The position numbers and the translations under genes are program-made. Positions 1-9,676 of a DNA stretch of 24,000 nt are shown piece after piece. Below the pieces are notes generated by a model. The model was given only the letters and a program-made list of their open reading frames with translations, ran no database searches and was not told where the DNA came from. This DNA comes from Thiolinea sp. (GTDB taxonomy: Bacteria > Pseudomonadota > Gammaproteobacteria > Thiotrichales > Thiotrichaceae): the NCBI GenBank assembly GCA_049292455.1, contig JBATRF010000014.1, positions 112,318 through 136,317 on the forward strand. Direction: 5' to 3'. Position 1 is the stretch's first letter, and each line of letters opens with the position of its first letter.

Positions 1-1176
1 AATCCGATGATTCAGCATCGGCTGATCATGACGTGGATTAGCACCGATCAAAAAAATCGACTGCTGCTGCTCTAACTCGGCAAAACTGACACCTAGACCA
101 GAAGCTAGCGGCGCAATGTCCTGATCGCTAAAATCGACTTGGCGCAGTCGATGATCAATATTGTTAACATTTAAGCCACGCATTACTTTTTGGAAAAGGA
201 ACAATTCTTCCAACGTAGAAGTGGCGCCTGCAAACGCAGCCATATTAAACGGCAATTGTTTACGCAAAATACCCGAAACAGTATCTAACGCTTCTTGCCA
301 GCTAACTTCTTTCCAGTGACCATTCTGCTTAAGTTGCGGCTTTAATAAGCGGTCTTGGCTTTGCAAGCCTTCATAACTAAAGCGATCACGGTCGGAAATC
401 CAGCACTCATTAATCGCATCATTATCACGCGGCACAACCCGCACGACTTGTCCACGCGCTGTATGCACATGAATATTCGAACCGACACAGTCATGCGGAG
501 CGATGCTATCATAAGAACGCATTTCCCAAGGGCGCGCGATATAACGCGAAGGCTTGGCAGTCAAAGCACCGACTGGGCAAACATCAATCACATTGCCCGA
601 TAATTCAGAAGTCACTGCTTTGGCGACATAAGTACCAATTTCAGTGTATTGGCTACGCCCTGTCGCACCCAGTTCACGCATTCCCGCGATTTCTTCGCCG
701 AAACGCACACAGCGCGTGCAATGAATGCAGCGTGTCATTGCAGTTTCAATCAAAGGACCAATGTCTTTATCGCGTACAACCCGTTTGACTTCGACATATG
801 CTGAAGAACTATTGCCAAAACCAACTGATAAATCTTGTAGCTCACACTCACCACCCTGATCACAAATTGGGCAATCTAGCGGGTGATTAATGAGCAAAAA
901 TTCCATCACATCTTTCTGAGCAGCACGCGCTTTGGGCGAATCCGTCCAAACTTTCATGCCTGCCATGATCGGCGTTGCACAAGCAGGCATAGGCTTAGGT
1001 GCGCGTTCGACTTCGACTAAGCACATCCGGCAATTCGCAGCGACCGACAATTTTTTGTGATAACAAAAGCGTGGAATTGTAATGCCTGCTGCATCCGTTG
1101 CCGCAATCAACATGCTACCGGGGCGAGCTTGTAAGGTTTGGCCGTTAACTTCAAAGCTAACTAATTCGTCGCTCAT
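1..1176 (-). CDS. nuoG: NADH-quinone oxidoreductase subunit G, N-terminal ~392 codons (gene continues beyond the left edge)
   Basis: It is absent from the ORF track because it stays open to position 1. Hand translation of the minus strand from the ATG at 1176-1174 gives [52 protein letters not shown]..., the 2Fe-2S ferredoxin-like N-terminus of NuoG/Nqo3. There is an ATGA start/stop overlap with nuoF. The gene sits in the canonical position after nuoF. Confidence 0.9.
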   Translation of the reverse strand, partial: MSDELVSFEVNGQTLQARPGSMLIAATDAAGITIPRFCYHKKLSVAANCRMCLVEVERAPKPMPACATPIMAGMKVWTDSPKARAAQKDVMEFLLINHPLDCPICDQGGECELQDLSVGFGNSSSAYVEVKRVVRDKDIGPLIETAMTRCIHCTRCVRFGEEIAGMRELGATGRSQYTEIGTYVAKAVTSELSGNVIDVCPVGALTAKPSRYIARPWEMRSYDSIAPHDCVGSNIHVHTARGQVVRVVPRDNDAINECWISDRDRFSYEGLQSQDRLLKPQLKQNGHWKEVSWQEALDTVSGILRKQLPFNMAAFAGATSTLEELFLFQKVMRGLNVNNIDHRLRQVDFSDQDIAPLASGLGVSFAELEQQQSIFLIGANPRHDQPMLNHRI

Positions 1177-2468
1177 GCAGCCCCCTTCATCGGTGCATCC
1201 ACCATGCTACGACCATATTGCACATAGTGCTCAAATTCAGGGCGAAAATGCTTAATAAAGCTCCAGACTGGCATCGCAGCTGCATCACCTAAGGCACAAA
1301 TCGTGCGGCCTTCAATTTTATGTGAAACTACTTCGAGGCGCTCAATATCAGCCATCATGCCTTTGCCCTCGACGATGCGTGTGAGCATCCGATACAACCA
1401 CCCTGTACCTTCACGACAAGGCGTACATTGTCCACAAGATTCAAAATGGTAGAAACGTGATAAACGCTGCAGCGCTTTCACCATATCCGTGGTTTCATCC
1501 ATGACAATGACCGCGCCGGAACCTAACATCGATCCTGCTTTCGAGATCGAGTCGTAATCCATCGTCAGCTCCATCATTACTTCTGCTGGCACGACGGGCA
1601 CGGAGGAGCCACCCGGAATCACTGCTTTCAGTTTGCGACCTTTACGCACACCACCCGCCATTTCTAGTAAATCGCGAAATGGTGTACCTAAGCCAATTTC
1701 AAAATTCCCTGGGCGATTCACATGCCCTGACACTGAAAATAGCTTTTCGCCACCCGCATTCTTCACCCCTAAGCTGGCAAACCAGTCGCCGCCTTGACGC
1801 AAAATCGTGGGGACTGAAGATAAGGTTTCAACATTATTAATCGTAGTCGGCCGACCGTATAAACCGAAGCTCGCAGGAAACGGAGGCTTGAAGCGTGGTT
1901 GACCCTTTTTGCCTTCCAAAGACTCCAGCAAAGCCGTTTCTTCACCACAAATATAGGCCCCTGCGCCGAGTGAGCCATAAATATCCACATCAATGCCACT
2001 ACCGAGGATATTTTTACCCAGTAGACCCGCTTCATAAGCCTCACGGACTGCTTGCTCAAAGCGTTGGAATGGCTCATCCATGAACTCGCCGCGCATATAG
2101 TTGTAAGCGACCGTTGCACCGATGCAATAAGCACCAATTGCCATCCCTTCCACTAACGCATGCGGATTAAAACGCAGGATATCGCGATCTTTACAGGTTC
2201 CAGGCTCAGACTCGTCGCCATTGCAGACTAAATACTTTTGACCAGGCATAGTGCGGGGCATAAAGCTCCACTTCATCCCAGTAGGGAAGCCAGCACCACC
2301 ACGACCCCGTAAGCCAGACTTTTTCAGTTCATCAATCACTTCGGTTTGCGGCGTATTGTTGCTTAGGATTTTTTTCCACGCGTCATAACCACCAATTTTC
2401 AGGTAGTTGTCGTAAGTATGGGATTGATCACCAAACTGCCGTGTATTGAAACAAACTTGATTGGCCAT
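1173..2468 (-). CDS. nuoF: NADH-quinone oxidoreductase subunit F (51-kDa, FMN/NADH-binding)
   Basis: 431-aa ORF. Motifs are [13 protein letters not shown] (NADH/FMN site) and [12 protein letters not shown] (4Fe-4S ligands). It is flanked by nuoE and nuoG. Confidence 0.97.
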   Translation of the reverse strand: MANQVCFNTRQFGDQSHTYDNYLKIGGYDAWKKILSNNTPQTEVIDELKKSGLRGRGGAGFPTGMKWSFMPRTMPGQKYLVCNGDESEPGTCKDRDILRFNPHALVEGMAIGAYCIGATVAYNYMRGEFMDEPFQRFEQAVREAYEAGLLGKNILGSGIDVDIYGSLGAGAYICGEETALLESLEGKKGQPRFKPPFPASFGLYGRPTTINNVETLSSVPTILRQGGDWFASLGVKNAGGEKLFSVSGHVNRPGNFEIGLGTPFRDLLEMAGGVRKGRKLKAVIPGGSSVPVVPAEVMMELTMDYDSISKAGSMLGSGAVIVMDETTDMVKALQRLSRFYHFESCGQCTPCREGTGWLYRMLTRIVEGKGMMADIERLEVVSHKIEGRTICALGDAAAMPVWSFIKHFRPEFEHYVQYGRSMVDAPMKGAA

Positions 2469-2470
2469 GT

Positions 2471-2983
2471 TTACTCCAATCCGTCGAGGATGCTATCCAC
2501 CTTTTCAGGGGTTAACTCCGTATAATAAACGTGATTCACTTGCATCATGGGCGCGCCGCAGCAAGCAGCCAAGCACTCTTCTTCACGCTTCAGATAAAAC
2601 TTCCGATCTACTGTGGACTCACCTAAGCGCACACCTAGTTTCTTTTCAATATGTGCCAGAATATCGTCTGAACCGTTCAACATGCAGGAAATATTGGTGC
2701 AAACCGAAATACTATGGCGAGCTGCAGCGCGTTCATCGGTTTCATACATCGAATAGAAACTGGCGACTTCATAGACAGCAATTGGTGGCAAACCTAAATA
2801 AGCAGCCACTGCATCCATTTTCGGAACCGATAAATAATGGTCTTCATGCATGACTGCACGTAAAGCGCCGAGTAAGGCCGATTGACGCTGATTGGCTGGG
2901 TAGCGTGCTAACCAACTATCGATTTCAGCTTGTTCGTGAGCAGATAAAATTGTAGTTTTATCTGAAGTTTCTGCAGCCGTCAT
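2471..2983 (-). CDS. nuoE: NADH-quinone oxidoreductase subunit E (24-kDa, 2Fe-2S)
   Basis: 170-aa ORF with the Cys pattern SVCTNISC...[10 protein letters not shown], typical of the thioredoxin-like 2Fe-2S subunit. There is a TAATG overlap with the nuoD stop and a 2-nt gap to nuoF. Confidence 0.95.
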   Translation of the reverse strand: MTAAETSDKTTILSAHEQAEIDSWLARYPANQRQSALLGALRAVMHEDHYLSVPKMDAVAAYLGLPPIAVYEVASFYSMYETDERAAARHSISVCTNISCMLNGSDDILAHIEKKLGVRLGESTVDRKFYLKREEECLAACCGAPMMQVNHVYYTELTPEKVDSILDGLE

Positions 2984-4236
2984 TAACGGTCTACCTCCCC
3001 AAAGACGATATCTTGGGAACCAATAATCGTCACAACATCCGACAACATATGTCCGCGCGCCATTTCATTCATACCGGACAAATGCGCAAAACCGGGCGCA
3101 CGAATTTTTAAGCGATAAGGCTTATTCGCGCCATCAGAAATTAAATAACAAGCAAATTCACCCTTAGGATGCTCAATCGCTGCATAAGCCTCACCGGCTG
3201 GCAAGCAATAGCCTTCGGTCATTAACTTAAAGTGGTGAATCAAAGCTTCCATATCGTGCTTCATATCTGCACGCTTAGGTGGCGTCACTTTATGATTATC
3301 CGAGCGCACTGGCCCTGAGTGATGACGTAACCAATCGATGCATTGCTTAATAATCCGATTGGATTGGCGCATCTCTGCAATCCGCACTAAATAGCGGTCA
3401 TATGAATCACCATTAGTACCGACGGGAATATCAAAATCGACCTGCGAGTAAGCGGCATAAGGCTGCTTCTTACGCAAATCCCATTCCACTCCTGAACCCC
3501 GTAGCATTGGCCCCGTAAAGCCCATTTGCAGCGCACGCTCTGGAGAAACGATACCCACATCCACTAAGCGCTGCTTCCAAATACGGTTATCCGTGAGCAG
3601 GGTTTCATATTCATCGACTTTACCGGGAAAACGCTCAGTAAAATCTTCTAGAAAATCGAGTAAGCTGCCTTGGCGATTCGCATTCTGTCGTTTTACTTCG
3701 CTCTCGTCGCGCCAACGTGTTTTTTCATACTGCGGCATGCTATCCGGCAGATCGCGGTTCACACCACCGGGGCGATAATAAGTAGCATGTAAACGTGCAC
3801 CCGAAACAGCCTCATACGCATCCATTAAATCCTCACGCTCACGGAAAGCGTACAGGAACATAGTCATCGCACCGACGTCGAGACCATGACCCGCAATCCA
3901 GAGTAAGTGATTGAGAATACGCGTAATTTCATCGAACATGGTGCGAATATATTGCGCACGAATCGGTACTTCGATCCCTAAAAGCTTTTCAATTGCCAAC
4001 ACATAGCCGTGCTCATTGCACATCATGGAGACATAATCTAAACGATCCATGTAGCCAATGTTTTGGTTATACGGTTTGCTTTCCACTAGTTTTTCAGTAC
4101 CGCGGTGCAGTAAGCCAATATGTGGATCAGCGCGTACAATCATCTCGCCATCCATCTCTAACACCAGACGCAATACACCATGCGCAGCAGGATGAGCTGG
4201 ACCAAAGTTCAGTGTAAAGTTACGAATTTCTGGCAT
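2983..4236 (-). CDS. nuoD: NADH-quinone oxidoreductase subunit D (49-kDa)
   Basis: 417-aa ORF. The N-terminus [18 protein letters not shown] and the C-terminus DIVFGEVDR are hallmark NuoD sequences. There is a TAATG overlap with the nuoC stop. Confidence 0.97.
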   Translation of the reverse strand: MPEIRNFTLNFGPAHPAAHGVLRLVLEMDGEMIVRADPHIGLLHRGTEKLVESKPYNQNIGYMDRLDYVSMMCNEHGYVLAIEKLLGIEVPIRAQYIRTMFDEITRILNHLLWIAGHGLDVGAMTMFLYAFREREDLMDAYEAVSGARLHATYYRPGGVNRDLPDSMPQYEKTRWRDESEVKRQNANRQGSLLDFLEDFTERFPGKVDEYETLLTDNRIWKQRLVDVGIVSPERALQMGFTGPMLRGSGVEWDLRKKQPYAAYSQVDFDIPVGTNGDSYDRYLVRIAEMRQSNRIIKQCIDWLRHHSGPVRSDNHKVTPPKRADMKHDMEALIHHFKLMTEGYCLPAGEAYAAIEHPKGEFACYLISDGANKPYRLKIRAPGFAHLSGMNEMARGHMLSDVVTIIGSQDIVFGEVDR

Positions 4237-4958
4237 TAATTATCGCGCTCCTGCGAAGCAATAGAGGGCTGATCTTGGCGGATAACGCGCGGAACACTGG
4301 GCTGCGTCACAATAGAAACTGGCTGATAAACCACCCGCTTTTGTAAGGGGTCATAACGCATTTCGACTTGCCCAGCCAAAGGAAAATCCTTGCGTAAGGG
4401 GTGGCCGATGAAGCCATAATCGGTCAAAATCCGGCGCAAATCAGGATGATGATTAAACATAATCCCAAATAAATCAAACGCTTCGCGCTCGTACCAATTG
4501 GCTGAACTCCAAATCCGCACCACGGAAGGTACTACTGGATAAGCATTATCCTCACAAAAGGTGCGGAGGCGAATCCGCATATTATGCTTGATCGACAAGA
4601 GATGAAGAACTACTGCAAAGCGTTTACCTGCTTCGGCCTCAGTCGGTTCATCTTTAATCGTGGCTTGATCAAAATCAAAAGGGTCAATAGCTGGTGCTTG
4701 CACAGCACGACTAAAGCCGGTGGAGCTGGCATGTGTATCCCATTCTGCCTTCCCATAAGCGGAGTAATCTACCCCACATAAATCAGACAGCTGCTCAAAC
4801 AAAGTTTGATCATCATGGCGTAAATAATTGCAAACATCTAACCAGCTACGTGCTGGGATTTCTAAAGTCAACTCGCCCAAAGCCAATACACTCGAAGTGA
4901 ATTTACCTTCTAGATGCGTATTTAAGTAAGCTTGTAGCGCTTCGATTTTTGAACTCAT
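4236..4958 (-). CDS. nuoC: NADH-quinone oxidoreductase subunit C (30-kDa), unfused to NuoD
   Basis: 240-aa ORF containing [40 protein letters not shown]. There is an ATGA overlap with the nuoB stop. It carries a ~35-aa acidic insertion ([13 protein letters not shown]...) relative to ~200-aa NuoC proteins. Confidence 0.95.
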   Translation of the reverse strand: MSSKIEALQAYLNTHLEGKFTSSVLALGELTLEIPARSWLDVCNYLRHDDQTLFEQLSDLCGVDYSAYGKAEWDTHASSTGFSRAVQAPAIDPFDFDQATIKDEPTEAEAGKRFAVVLHLLSIKHNMRIRLRTFCEDNAYPVVPSVVRIWSSANWYEREAFDLFGIMFNHHPDLRRILTDYGFIGHPLRKDFPLAGQVEMRYDPLQKRVVYQPVSIVTQPSVPRVIRQDQPSIASQERDN

Positions 4959-5440
4959 GATAACTGCCGTGCAATCGTGCTAGTGCGGCGAATTTTGCTT
5001 TGCAGCTGCAAAATGCCATATAACAACGCTTCTGCAGTCGGTGGGCAGCCGGGCACATAAATATCTACTGGAATAATTCGATCACAACCACGCATCACTG
5101 CATAAGAGTCGTGATAATAGCCGCCACCATTCGCGCAAGATCCCATCGAGATCACCCAACGCGGTTCAGCCATTTGGTCATAAACCTTGCGTAAGGCAGG
5201 TGCCATTTTATTGGTGAGGGTTCCGGCCACAATCATCACATCCGACTGGCGTGGACTCGGGCGGAAAATAATCCCAAAGCGGTCAAGATCGTAACGCGCA
5301 CCACCCGCTTGCATCATTTCGACTGCACAACAGGCTAAACCAAAGGTGACAGGCCACATTGAACCCGTGCGCGCCCAATTAATGAGCTTGTCTGCAGTAG
5401 TAGTGACAAAACCCTTGTCAAGGATGCCTTCTATTCCCAC
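4955..5440 (-). CDS. nuoB: NADH-quinone oxidoreductase subunit B (20-kDa, N2 4Fe-4S)
   Basis: Contains the [20 protein letters not shown] and VPGCPP cluster motifs. The ORF track starts at the ATG at 5461, but no Shine-Dalgarno precedes it. The in-frame GTG at 5440 is preceded by AAGGGAG with 7-nt spacing and gives the usual (M)[14 protein letters not shown]-terminus. The start is therefore uncertain by 21 nt. Confidence 0.9.
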   Translation of the reverse strand: MGIEGILDKGFVTTTADKLINWARTGSMWPVTFGLACCAVEMMQAGGARYDLDRFGIIFRPSPRQSDVMIVAGTLTNKMAPALRKVYDQMAEPRWVISMGSCANGGGYYHDSYAVMRGCDRIIPVDIYVPGCPPTAEALLYGILQLQSKIRRTSTIARQLS

Positions 5441-5787
5441 TCCAGTGCTCCCTTTTTCCATTCATAAATAAAACCAATCCCTAAGATGCCTAAGAATAGA
5501 CACATGGCTAATAGGCCAGCGGTGCCTATTTTATCCAGCACGATAGCCCAAGAGAAGAGATAGGCAATTTCCAAATCGAAAATGATAAAGAGAATAGCAA
5601 CGAGGTAATAGCGGATGTCAAAGCGAATGCGTGCATCTTCAAAAGCATCAAAGCCGCACTCAAAGGGAGAATCTTTAGCAGCATCAGGACGACGCGGGCC
5701 GACTAATAAACCTAGAGTCAGAAGGACGACGGCAAGGCCGATTCCGACGGCAAGAAAGATAAACACCGGTAAATAGGCCTGCAACAT
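5431..5787 (-). CDS. nuoA: NADH-quinone oxidoreductase subunit A
   Basis: Three-TM small subunit with the PFECGF motif and a C-terminal [11 protein letters not shown]. The ATG at 5787 is preceded by AGGAG (5793-5797). The TTG at 5802 used by the ORF track would overlap that RBS. Confidence 0.93.
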   Translation of the reverse strand: MLQAYLPVFIFLAVGIGLAVVLLTLGLLVGPRRPDAAKDSPFECGFDAFEDARIRFDIRYYLVAILFIIFDLEIAYLFSWAIVLDKIGTAGLLAMCLFLGILGIGFIYEWKKGALEWE

Positions 5788-6000
5788 GCTGACTCCTAAC
5801 AACTTTTCGCTCTGCGCTGCTTGATAACTGCTTGTTACACGTACCTTATTTTGGGTTTTGTGTACTGCAGCAAGACTATATAGGAGGAACGAGTAAAAGA
5901 CTACCCCATAAGAAATATATGTCTGCCCTTGGCAAACTCATCCTATCGGTGGCTTTACAAAAAACTTTTTCTTCGTCCTCATCTACTGAGGCAAATAAGT

Positions 6001-6041
6001 AAAAATAGTGCTGCGCAAAACTAACTGAACTCACTATTTTT
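6001..6041. repeat. Perfect 10-bp inverted repeat AAAAATAGTG / CACTATTTTT with a 21-nt spacer (A-tract/stem/T-tract, weak bidirectional-terminator-like)
   Basis: Arms at 6001-6010 and 6032-6041 are exact reverse complements, read directly. The repeat lies between the sbmA 3' end and the nuoA upstream region. Confidence 0.35.
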
Positions 6042-6080
6042 AGCAGCTACTAAGTCATGATAAAACTGATACTTTTTTGC

Positions 6081-6112
6081 TAGCACTGCTAATCATTAGC
6101 TTAGCAGTGCTA
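6081..6112. terminator. Strong hairpin: perfect 12-bp inverted repeat TAGCACTGCTAA-N8-TTAGCAGTGCTA, 20 nt downstream of the sbmA stop
   Basis: Arms at 6081-6092 and 6101-6112 are exact reverse complements. Flanks are TTTTTT (6073-6078) on the left and CTTTAAATTTTAT on the right. The U-rich tail is therefore better for a plus-strand transcript than for sbmA (minus), so the role could be terminator or protein-binding palindrome. Confidence 0.4.
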
Positions 6113-6131
6113 CTTTAAATTTTATACTTAA

Positions 6132-7424
6132 TTAGGAGGCGATGTTGGATTCACTAGCTTTTAACTCTGGAACCTGTTCAATACTCGGTAGTGGTTGATT
6201 GGCAATCGCTAGTTCAAAGGCTTTTAAGCGCTTATAGATAGAGAGCAATTCAACAATCGTTGTCCATGAATTAACCAAATATTGGAAGGAGCCTTCAACA
6301 CGGCCGAAAGCTCGTAAAATCTGCTGCATCACACCCAAAGTGAAGCCGCCCGCGATAATGGTTGGCCCTAAAGCAATATAAGGCACTAATACCCCTACTT
6401 GTAGATAGCTGTAGCGAGCCACATTGAAATACAAATAATTGAAATACAGCCTGAAATAGTTTTTGCGCACATCCGTAAATAAGTCTTTCAGTACAGGCGG
6501 ACTAGCACGATTCGCATTATCCTCACCATAAACTAACTCTTTACGATAAGCTGCTTCAACTCGTTGATTCTTAAACTCTAAGCCCGGCAAGCGAATGCCG
6601 ACTAAGGCGAGCAAGCCTGTACCTAAGACCGACCAAATCAAGGCAACCCAAACTAGCGCATGAGCCACTTCCCCAACCACCGGCAGCGCTTTCACATGCG
6701 CGGATAAAGCCCAAAGAATGGGTAAGAAAGCGATCAAAGTCATGACAGAGTCCACTAGACTCACGCCTAAACTTTCCATAATGCTTGAAAAGCGCATGGT
6801 GTCTTCTTGTACCCGCTGCGAAGCACCTTCAATATGCCGAACCCGTGTCCACAGACCGGTGTAATAATCATTCATCGCAGTACGCCAACGGAAAATCCAA
6901 TGACTGACAAAAAAGCGGGTAAATACCGATAAAGTCACCGCAACTAAAGCAATCTTGCCGAAAGTGAGTAGCTGCCCATAATACTCACTAGCAGTGATAC
7001 TGTTCGGTTTAGCGAGGGCTTGTTGAATGGAGTCATAAAACGTCCCAAACCAATCATTGATCAAGACATCTAAATGCACTTGGAACCAAGTCACGAAAAT
7101 AATTAAAGCAGTCCCTAACACTGACCAGCGCGCCCATTTACTGGGCGAAATAAACATCCACACCCCAACAAACAAGGCATAGCAGTAAAACATATACTGA
7201 TAAAACCAAAATTCAGCACCAGGATTGATCACTGGCTCAGCGGTGGCGGCAGCCCCTTCAGCCACAGGCGGTGGAATAATATAGTCATAGCCAAATAGTC
7301 CGCCGAAGCTCAAATATTGACCCAGCTGCTCACCGTAAAAGAACCAAGTCAACACACAGAGCAATGACCAAAGGACAAAGCTCCAAAAAAACCACTTCGG
7401 GCTTGGAAAAAAAGATTTAAACAT
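6132..7424 (-). CDS. sbmA: SbmA/BacA-family peptide (antimicrobial peptide/microcin) uptake transporter, transmembrane-only form
   Basis: 430-aa polytopic ORF with long blocks that I recognise from E. coli SbmA: MFKSFFP..., [121 protein letters not shown] lies 8 nt upstream of the ATG. Confidence 0.9.
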   Translation of the reverse strand: MFKSFFPSPKWFFWSFVLWSLLCVLTWFFYGEQLGQYLSFGGLFGYDYIIPPPVAEGAAATAEPVINPGAEFWFYQYMFYCYALFVGVWMFISPSKWARWSVLGTALIIFVTWFQVHLDVLINDWFGTFYDSIQQALAKPNSITASEYYGQLLTFGKIALVAVTLSVFTRFFVSHWIFRWRTAMNDYYTGLWTRVRHIEGASQRVQEDTMRFSSIMESLGVSLVDSVMTLIAFLPILWALSAHVKALPVVGEVAHALVWVALIWSVLGTGLLALVGIRLPGLEFKNQRVEAAYRKELVYGEDNANRASPPVLKDLFTDVRKNYFRLYFNYLYFNVARYSYLQVGVLVPYIALGPTIIAGGFTLGVMQQILRAFGRVEGSFQYLVNSWTTIVELLSIYKRLKAFELAIANQPLPSIEQVPELKASESNIAS

Positions 7425-7462
7425 GCAGAAAGCTCCCTACTTATTCGATCTGAACGCTACGA

Positions 7463-9154
7463 CTAGCTTAATAAGCGCCGTAATAGCGGACTACTGACCC
7501 ATTCCTCACCTGTCAGTAAATAGTGCAGTACTTTTTGATTCTGTGTAGCCCATTGCATTTGTTCATACGCATGATAAGGGGCGCACATCAAGATACGATC
7601 TCCCGCTTGCAACAAAGTTTCCTCATCGGGCACTAGCAAGAGAACATCTACTCTTTTTAACAACAGCGGAATAATAGGAAGATCTTGGTCGCGCTGCTCC
7701 GGCTTTGCAATCACATATTTAAGGGGTACACGCTCGCCTGCTGCACAAGCTCTATACAAAGCGGGCGAATGGCGCGGCGTCACCTTGGTTTCCCATAAAT
7801 AAGGTACTTTATCTTGAGTGATACCAATGATGCGACTTAACAATTGATCGACCCAAGCTTTATCTTCAGCCGCTACCAAACGTAGAAAACTGCGCGCTAA
7901 AGGAGTACGCAACATGGTAAACATCTGGTGCGCAATCACATCGCCGCGATTCATGGTCAATTGGAAATGCGCGCGCTCAAAAATCAGTGAATTATCTTGC
8001 TGACTCTGGCGTGCCACCATAAACAGCTTCGGATTTAACTCGCGAGCTGTCATTAGCACCGATAAGTTAGTAGCATCATCACTAGTAGCAGCAATAATCC
8101 CTACGGCTGAATCAATCCCAGCCAGCTTCAGCGATTCAATATTGGCTTGATAGCCCATTAAACTATTGACTGGCGCATTCGGCAGATCAGTTTTTAAATC
8201 AATTACATGAACTTCAATGCCAATGGCATTCAAACGTCGATATACTGCTTGCCCAAAGCGTCCGTAGCCAATTAACAACCAAGAACCAGGCTTAGGAAAA
8301 CTAGGATCTTTTAGCGACTGATTCGGAATGCCAGTCAGCCATTCACTGAGCAAATAATGACTGGGCTTGGTGATGACTAAATCGAGGCGCTCAGCAAATA
8401 CTTCAAAGGGACTGATGACTTCATTACCGCCAAAGGAACGGATCGAAGTCACAATTTCTGGGCTTTCTGCACGCGCTAACAAGCGTAAATGAGGCTTAAA
8501 TAACTCGGTACTGAGGGCAATCAATAAATTCGCTTGATCAGAGTCGGTGAGCGCGATCACTCCCTTGCAATAAGGGCTGAGCACTCCAGCCCATTCTAAC
8601 ACTTCAGGTTTAGAGGCATCGACCGTCAATGCTAAGGGGCGGCCTAAGGTATCACGCAACTCTAAGGCATTGATCCGATTCTCATCTTTATCCAAAACGA
8701 CGGTACGCACCCCCTCTTGGGCTAAGGCTTGTACTAAGCGCGAGCCAGTGTCGCCATAACCACACACCAGATAAAACGGCTCATGCAATAGTTTTATTTT
8801 GGTACGAAACTTAGACTCACGACGCAAGCGATAAATCGCCGGATCTTGGAGTACCGACAACAAGGAACCAATGCTATATAACCAACCAATGACGCTGGTA
8901 TAAATGGTAATGGTCGTCCACAAGCGCTGTGCATCGGTGAACGCATAGGGAATTTCACCAAAACCAATGGTCGAGGCGGTGTAGCTCACAAAATAGAAGG
9001 CATGAAAATACGACATCATCCAGACATTGCCGTCATTATCTCGACCCGGAATAAGGACAAAGCCAATAATCGAAACGGCATAAATTAGAATTAACGTGAC
9101 CAAGGGCACACGTAGCCGCTTCATGAGAACGTAATAGAGATTAGGTCTAGCCAT
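7463..9154 (-). CDS. Two-TM pore-loop cation (K+-type) channel with two tandem RCK/TrkA-N domains and a TrkA-C-like tail
   Basis: 563 aa. It has an N-terminal TM-pore-TM region with the filter-like sequence YTASTIGFGEIPY. Two Rossmann motifs are present: LVCGYGDTGSRLV...VVLD and LLIGYGRFGQAVY...VIDL. The C-terminal LLQAGDRILMCA resembles TrkA-C. Confidence 0.8.
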   Translation of the reverse strand: MARPNLYYVLMKRLRVPLVTLILIYAVSIIGFVLIPGRDNDGNVWMMSYFHAFYFVSYTASTIGFGEIPYAFTDAQRLWTTITIYTSVIGWLYSIGSLLSVLQDPAIYRLRRESKFRTKIKLLHEPFYLVCGYGDTGSRLVQALAQEGVRTVVLDKDENRINALELRDTLGRPLALTVDASKPEVLEWAGVLSPYCKGVIALTDSDQANLLIALSTELFKPHLRLLARAESPEIVTSIRSFGGNEVISPFEVFAERLDLVITKPSHYLLSEWLTGIPNQSLKDPSFPKPGSWLLIGYGRFGQAVYRRLNAIGIEVHVIDLKTDLPNAPVNSLMGYQANIESLKLAGIDSAVGIIAATSDDATNLSVLMTARELNPKLFMVARQSQQDNSLIFERAHFQLTMNRGDVIAHQMFTMLRTPLARSFLRLVAAEDKAWVDQLLSRIIGITQDKVPYLWETKVTPRHSPALYRACAAGERVPLKYVIAKPEQRDQDLPIIPLLLKRVDVLLLVPDEETLLQAGDRILMCAPYHAYEQMQWATQNQKVLHYLLTGEEWVSSPLLRRLLS

Positions 9155-9537
9155 TAGCGACGGATGCTTAGTGTTTCAGCAACTAATAAGACCACCGAAA
9201 CAATGTTAGCCAATAGTGCTCCACCTGAAATAGAAACAACCGTGACCATCGCTGCGGGTGTGACTCCAGCCTCACTGATGTGAGCCGCCCAGCCCCAAAT
9301 CACTGCAGCCACTAACAACTGAATATCGGCCACTAAACTAGTCGCAAAGAAAATTGCGCCCATATGCGTGCTGTCGCCAAACTTGAGGATAGTCGTAATT
9401 AAACTGACTATTAAGGCTGCGAATAGAATAAAGGTATTGTGGTAGATCGGATTAGTCATATCGCCCACGAAAAAAGCGAAGTTGAGAGTTAAAGCCAGCA
9501 CGATAAAAAAGCCGAAAATTACTTTTTCTAAATTCAT
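9154..9537 (-). CDS. Small hydrophobic membrane protein (~4 TM), function unknown
   Basis: 127-aa ORF that is almost entirely hydrophobic segments. A GGGAAG sequence lies upstream of the ATG at 9537. Its TAA stop overlaps the channel ATG (TAATG at 9152-9156). Confidence 0.65.
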   Translation of the reverse strand: MNLEKVIFGFFIVLALTLNFAFFVGDMTNPIYHNTFILFAALIVSLITTILKFGDSTHMGAIFFATSLVADIQLLVAAVIWGWAAHISEAGVTPAAMVTVVSISGGALLANIVSVVLLVAETLSIRR

Positions 9538-9614
9538 ATTCGCTTCCCAGCAAGATCATTGATTAGTGGAGAGAATAGCAGCTCTGCTTGGACTCTCCCA
9601 GCCTCAGCTAAGAT

Positions 9615-9643
9615 TTGAGCCAGCCCGTTTGTCACAGTATGAT
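9615..9643 (+). promoter_or_regulatory. Putative sigma70-type promoter for rsmE (TTGAGC-17 nt-TATGAT)
   Basis: The -35-like TTGAGC is at 9615-9620, followed by an exact 17-nt spacer and the -10-like TATGAT at 9638-9643. This lies ~34 nt upstream of the rsmE ATG. It is a sequence match only. Confidence 0.4.
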
Positions 9644-9676
9644 CAAGGCCAGTTAATGAACCGAGCCTGATTAGAC

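Noticed and set aside
355-603. 82-aa plus-strand ORF in the track.
   Set aside because: It lies entirely antisense to the nuoG coding frame, which translates into a clean NuoG sequence. It has no RBS or recognisable family and is a typical shadow ORF.
1769-2853. Track ORFs 1769-2137 (-), 1895-2083 (+) and 2461-2853 (+).
   Set aside because: They are alternative-frame or antisense ORFs inside the well-supported nuoF and nuoE genes. Their translations are low-complexity and match no family I recognise.
3593-4781. Track ORFs 3593-3778 (+), 3993-4217 (+) and 4584-4781 (+).
   Set aside because: They are antisense shadow ORFs within nuoD and nuoC.
4236-4958. A ~35-aa acidic insertion in NuoC ([39 protein letters not shown]), considered as a possible novelty.
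   Set aside because: As I recall, comparable EWDT...GFSRGV-type insertions exist in NuoC of other Gammaproteobacteria such as Xanthomonas. It is a lineage variant rather than something new.
5441-5802. Longer N-termini for nuoB (ATG 5461) and nuoA (TTG 5802) as given in the ORF track.
   Set aside because: The internal starts (GTG 5440 and ATG 5787) have proper Shine-Dalgarno sequences and give the canonical N-termini. The longer forms lack an RBS or overlap it.
5919-6002. A 27-codon plus-strand mini-ORF, considered as a real gene feature.
   Set aside because: It has no Shine-Dalgarno within range, is very short, has a Ser-rich low-complexity tail, and cannot be checked for conservation. It is kept only as a note inside the intergenic finding.
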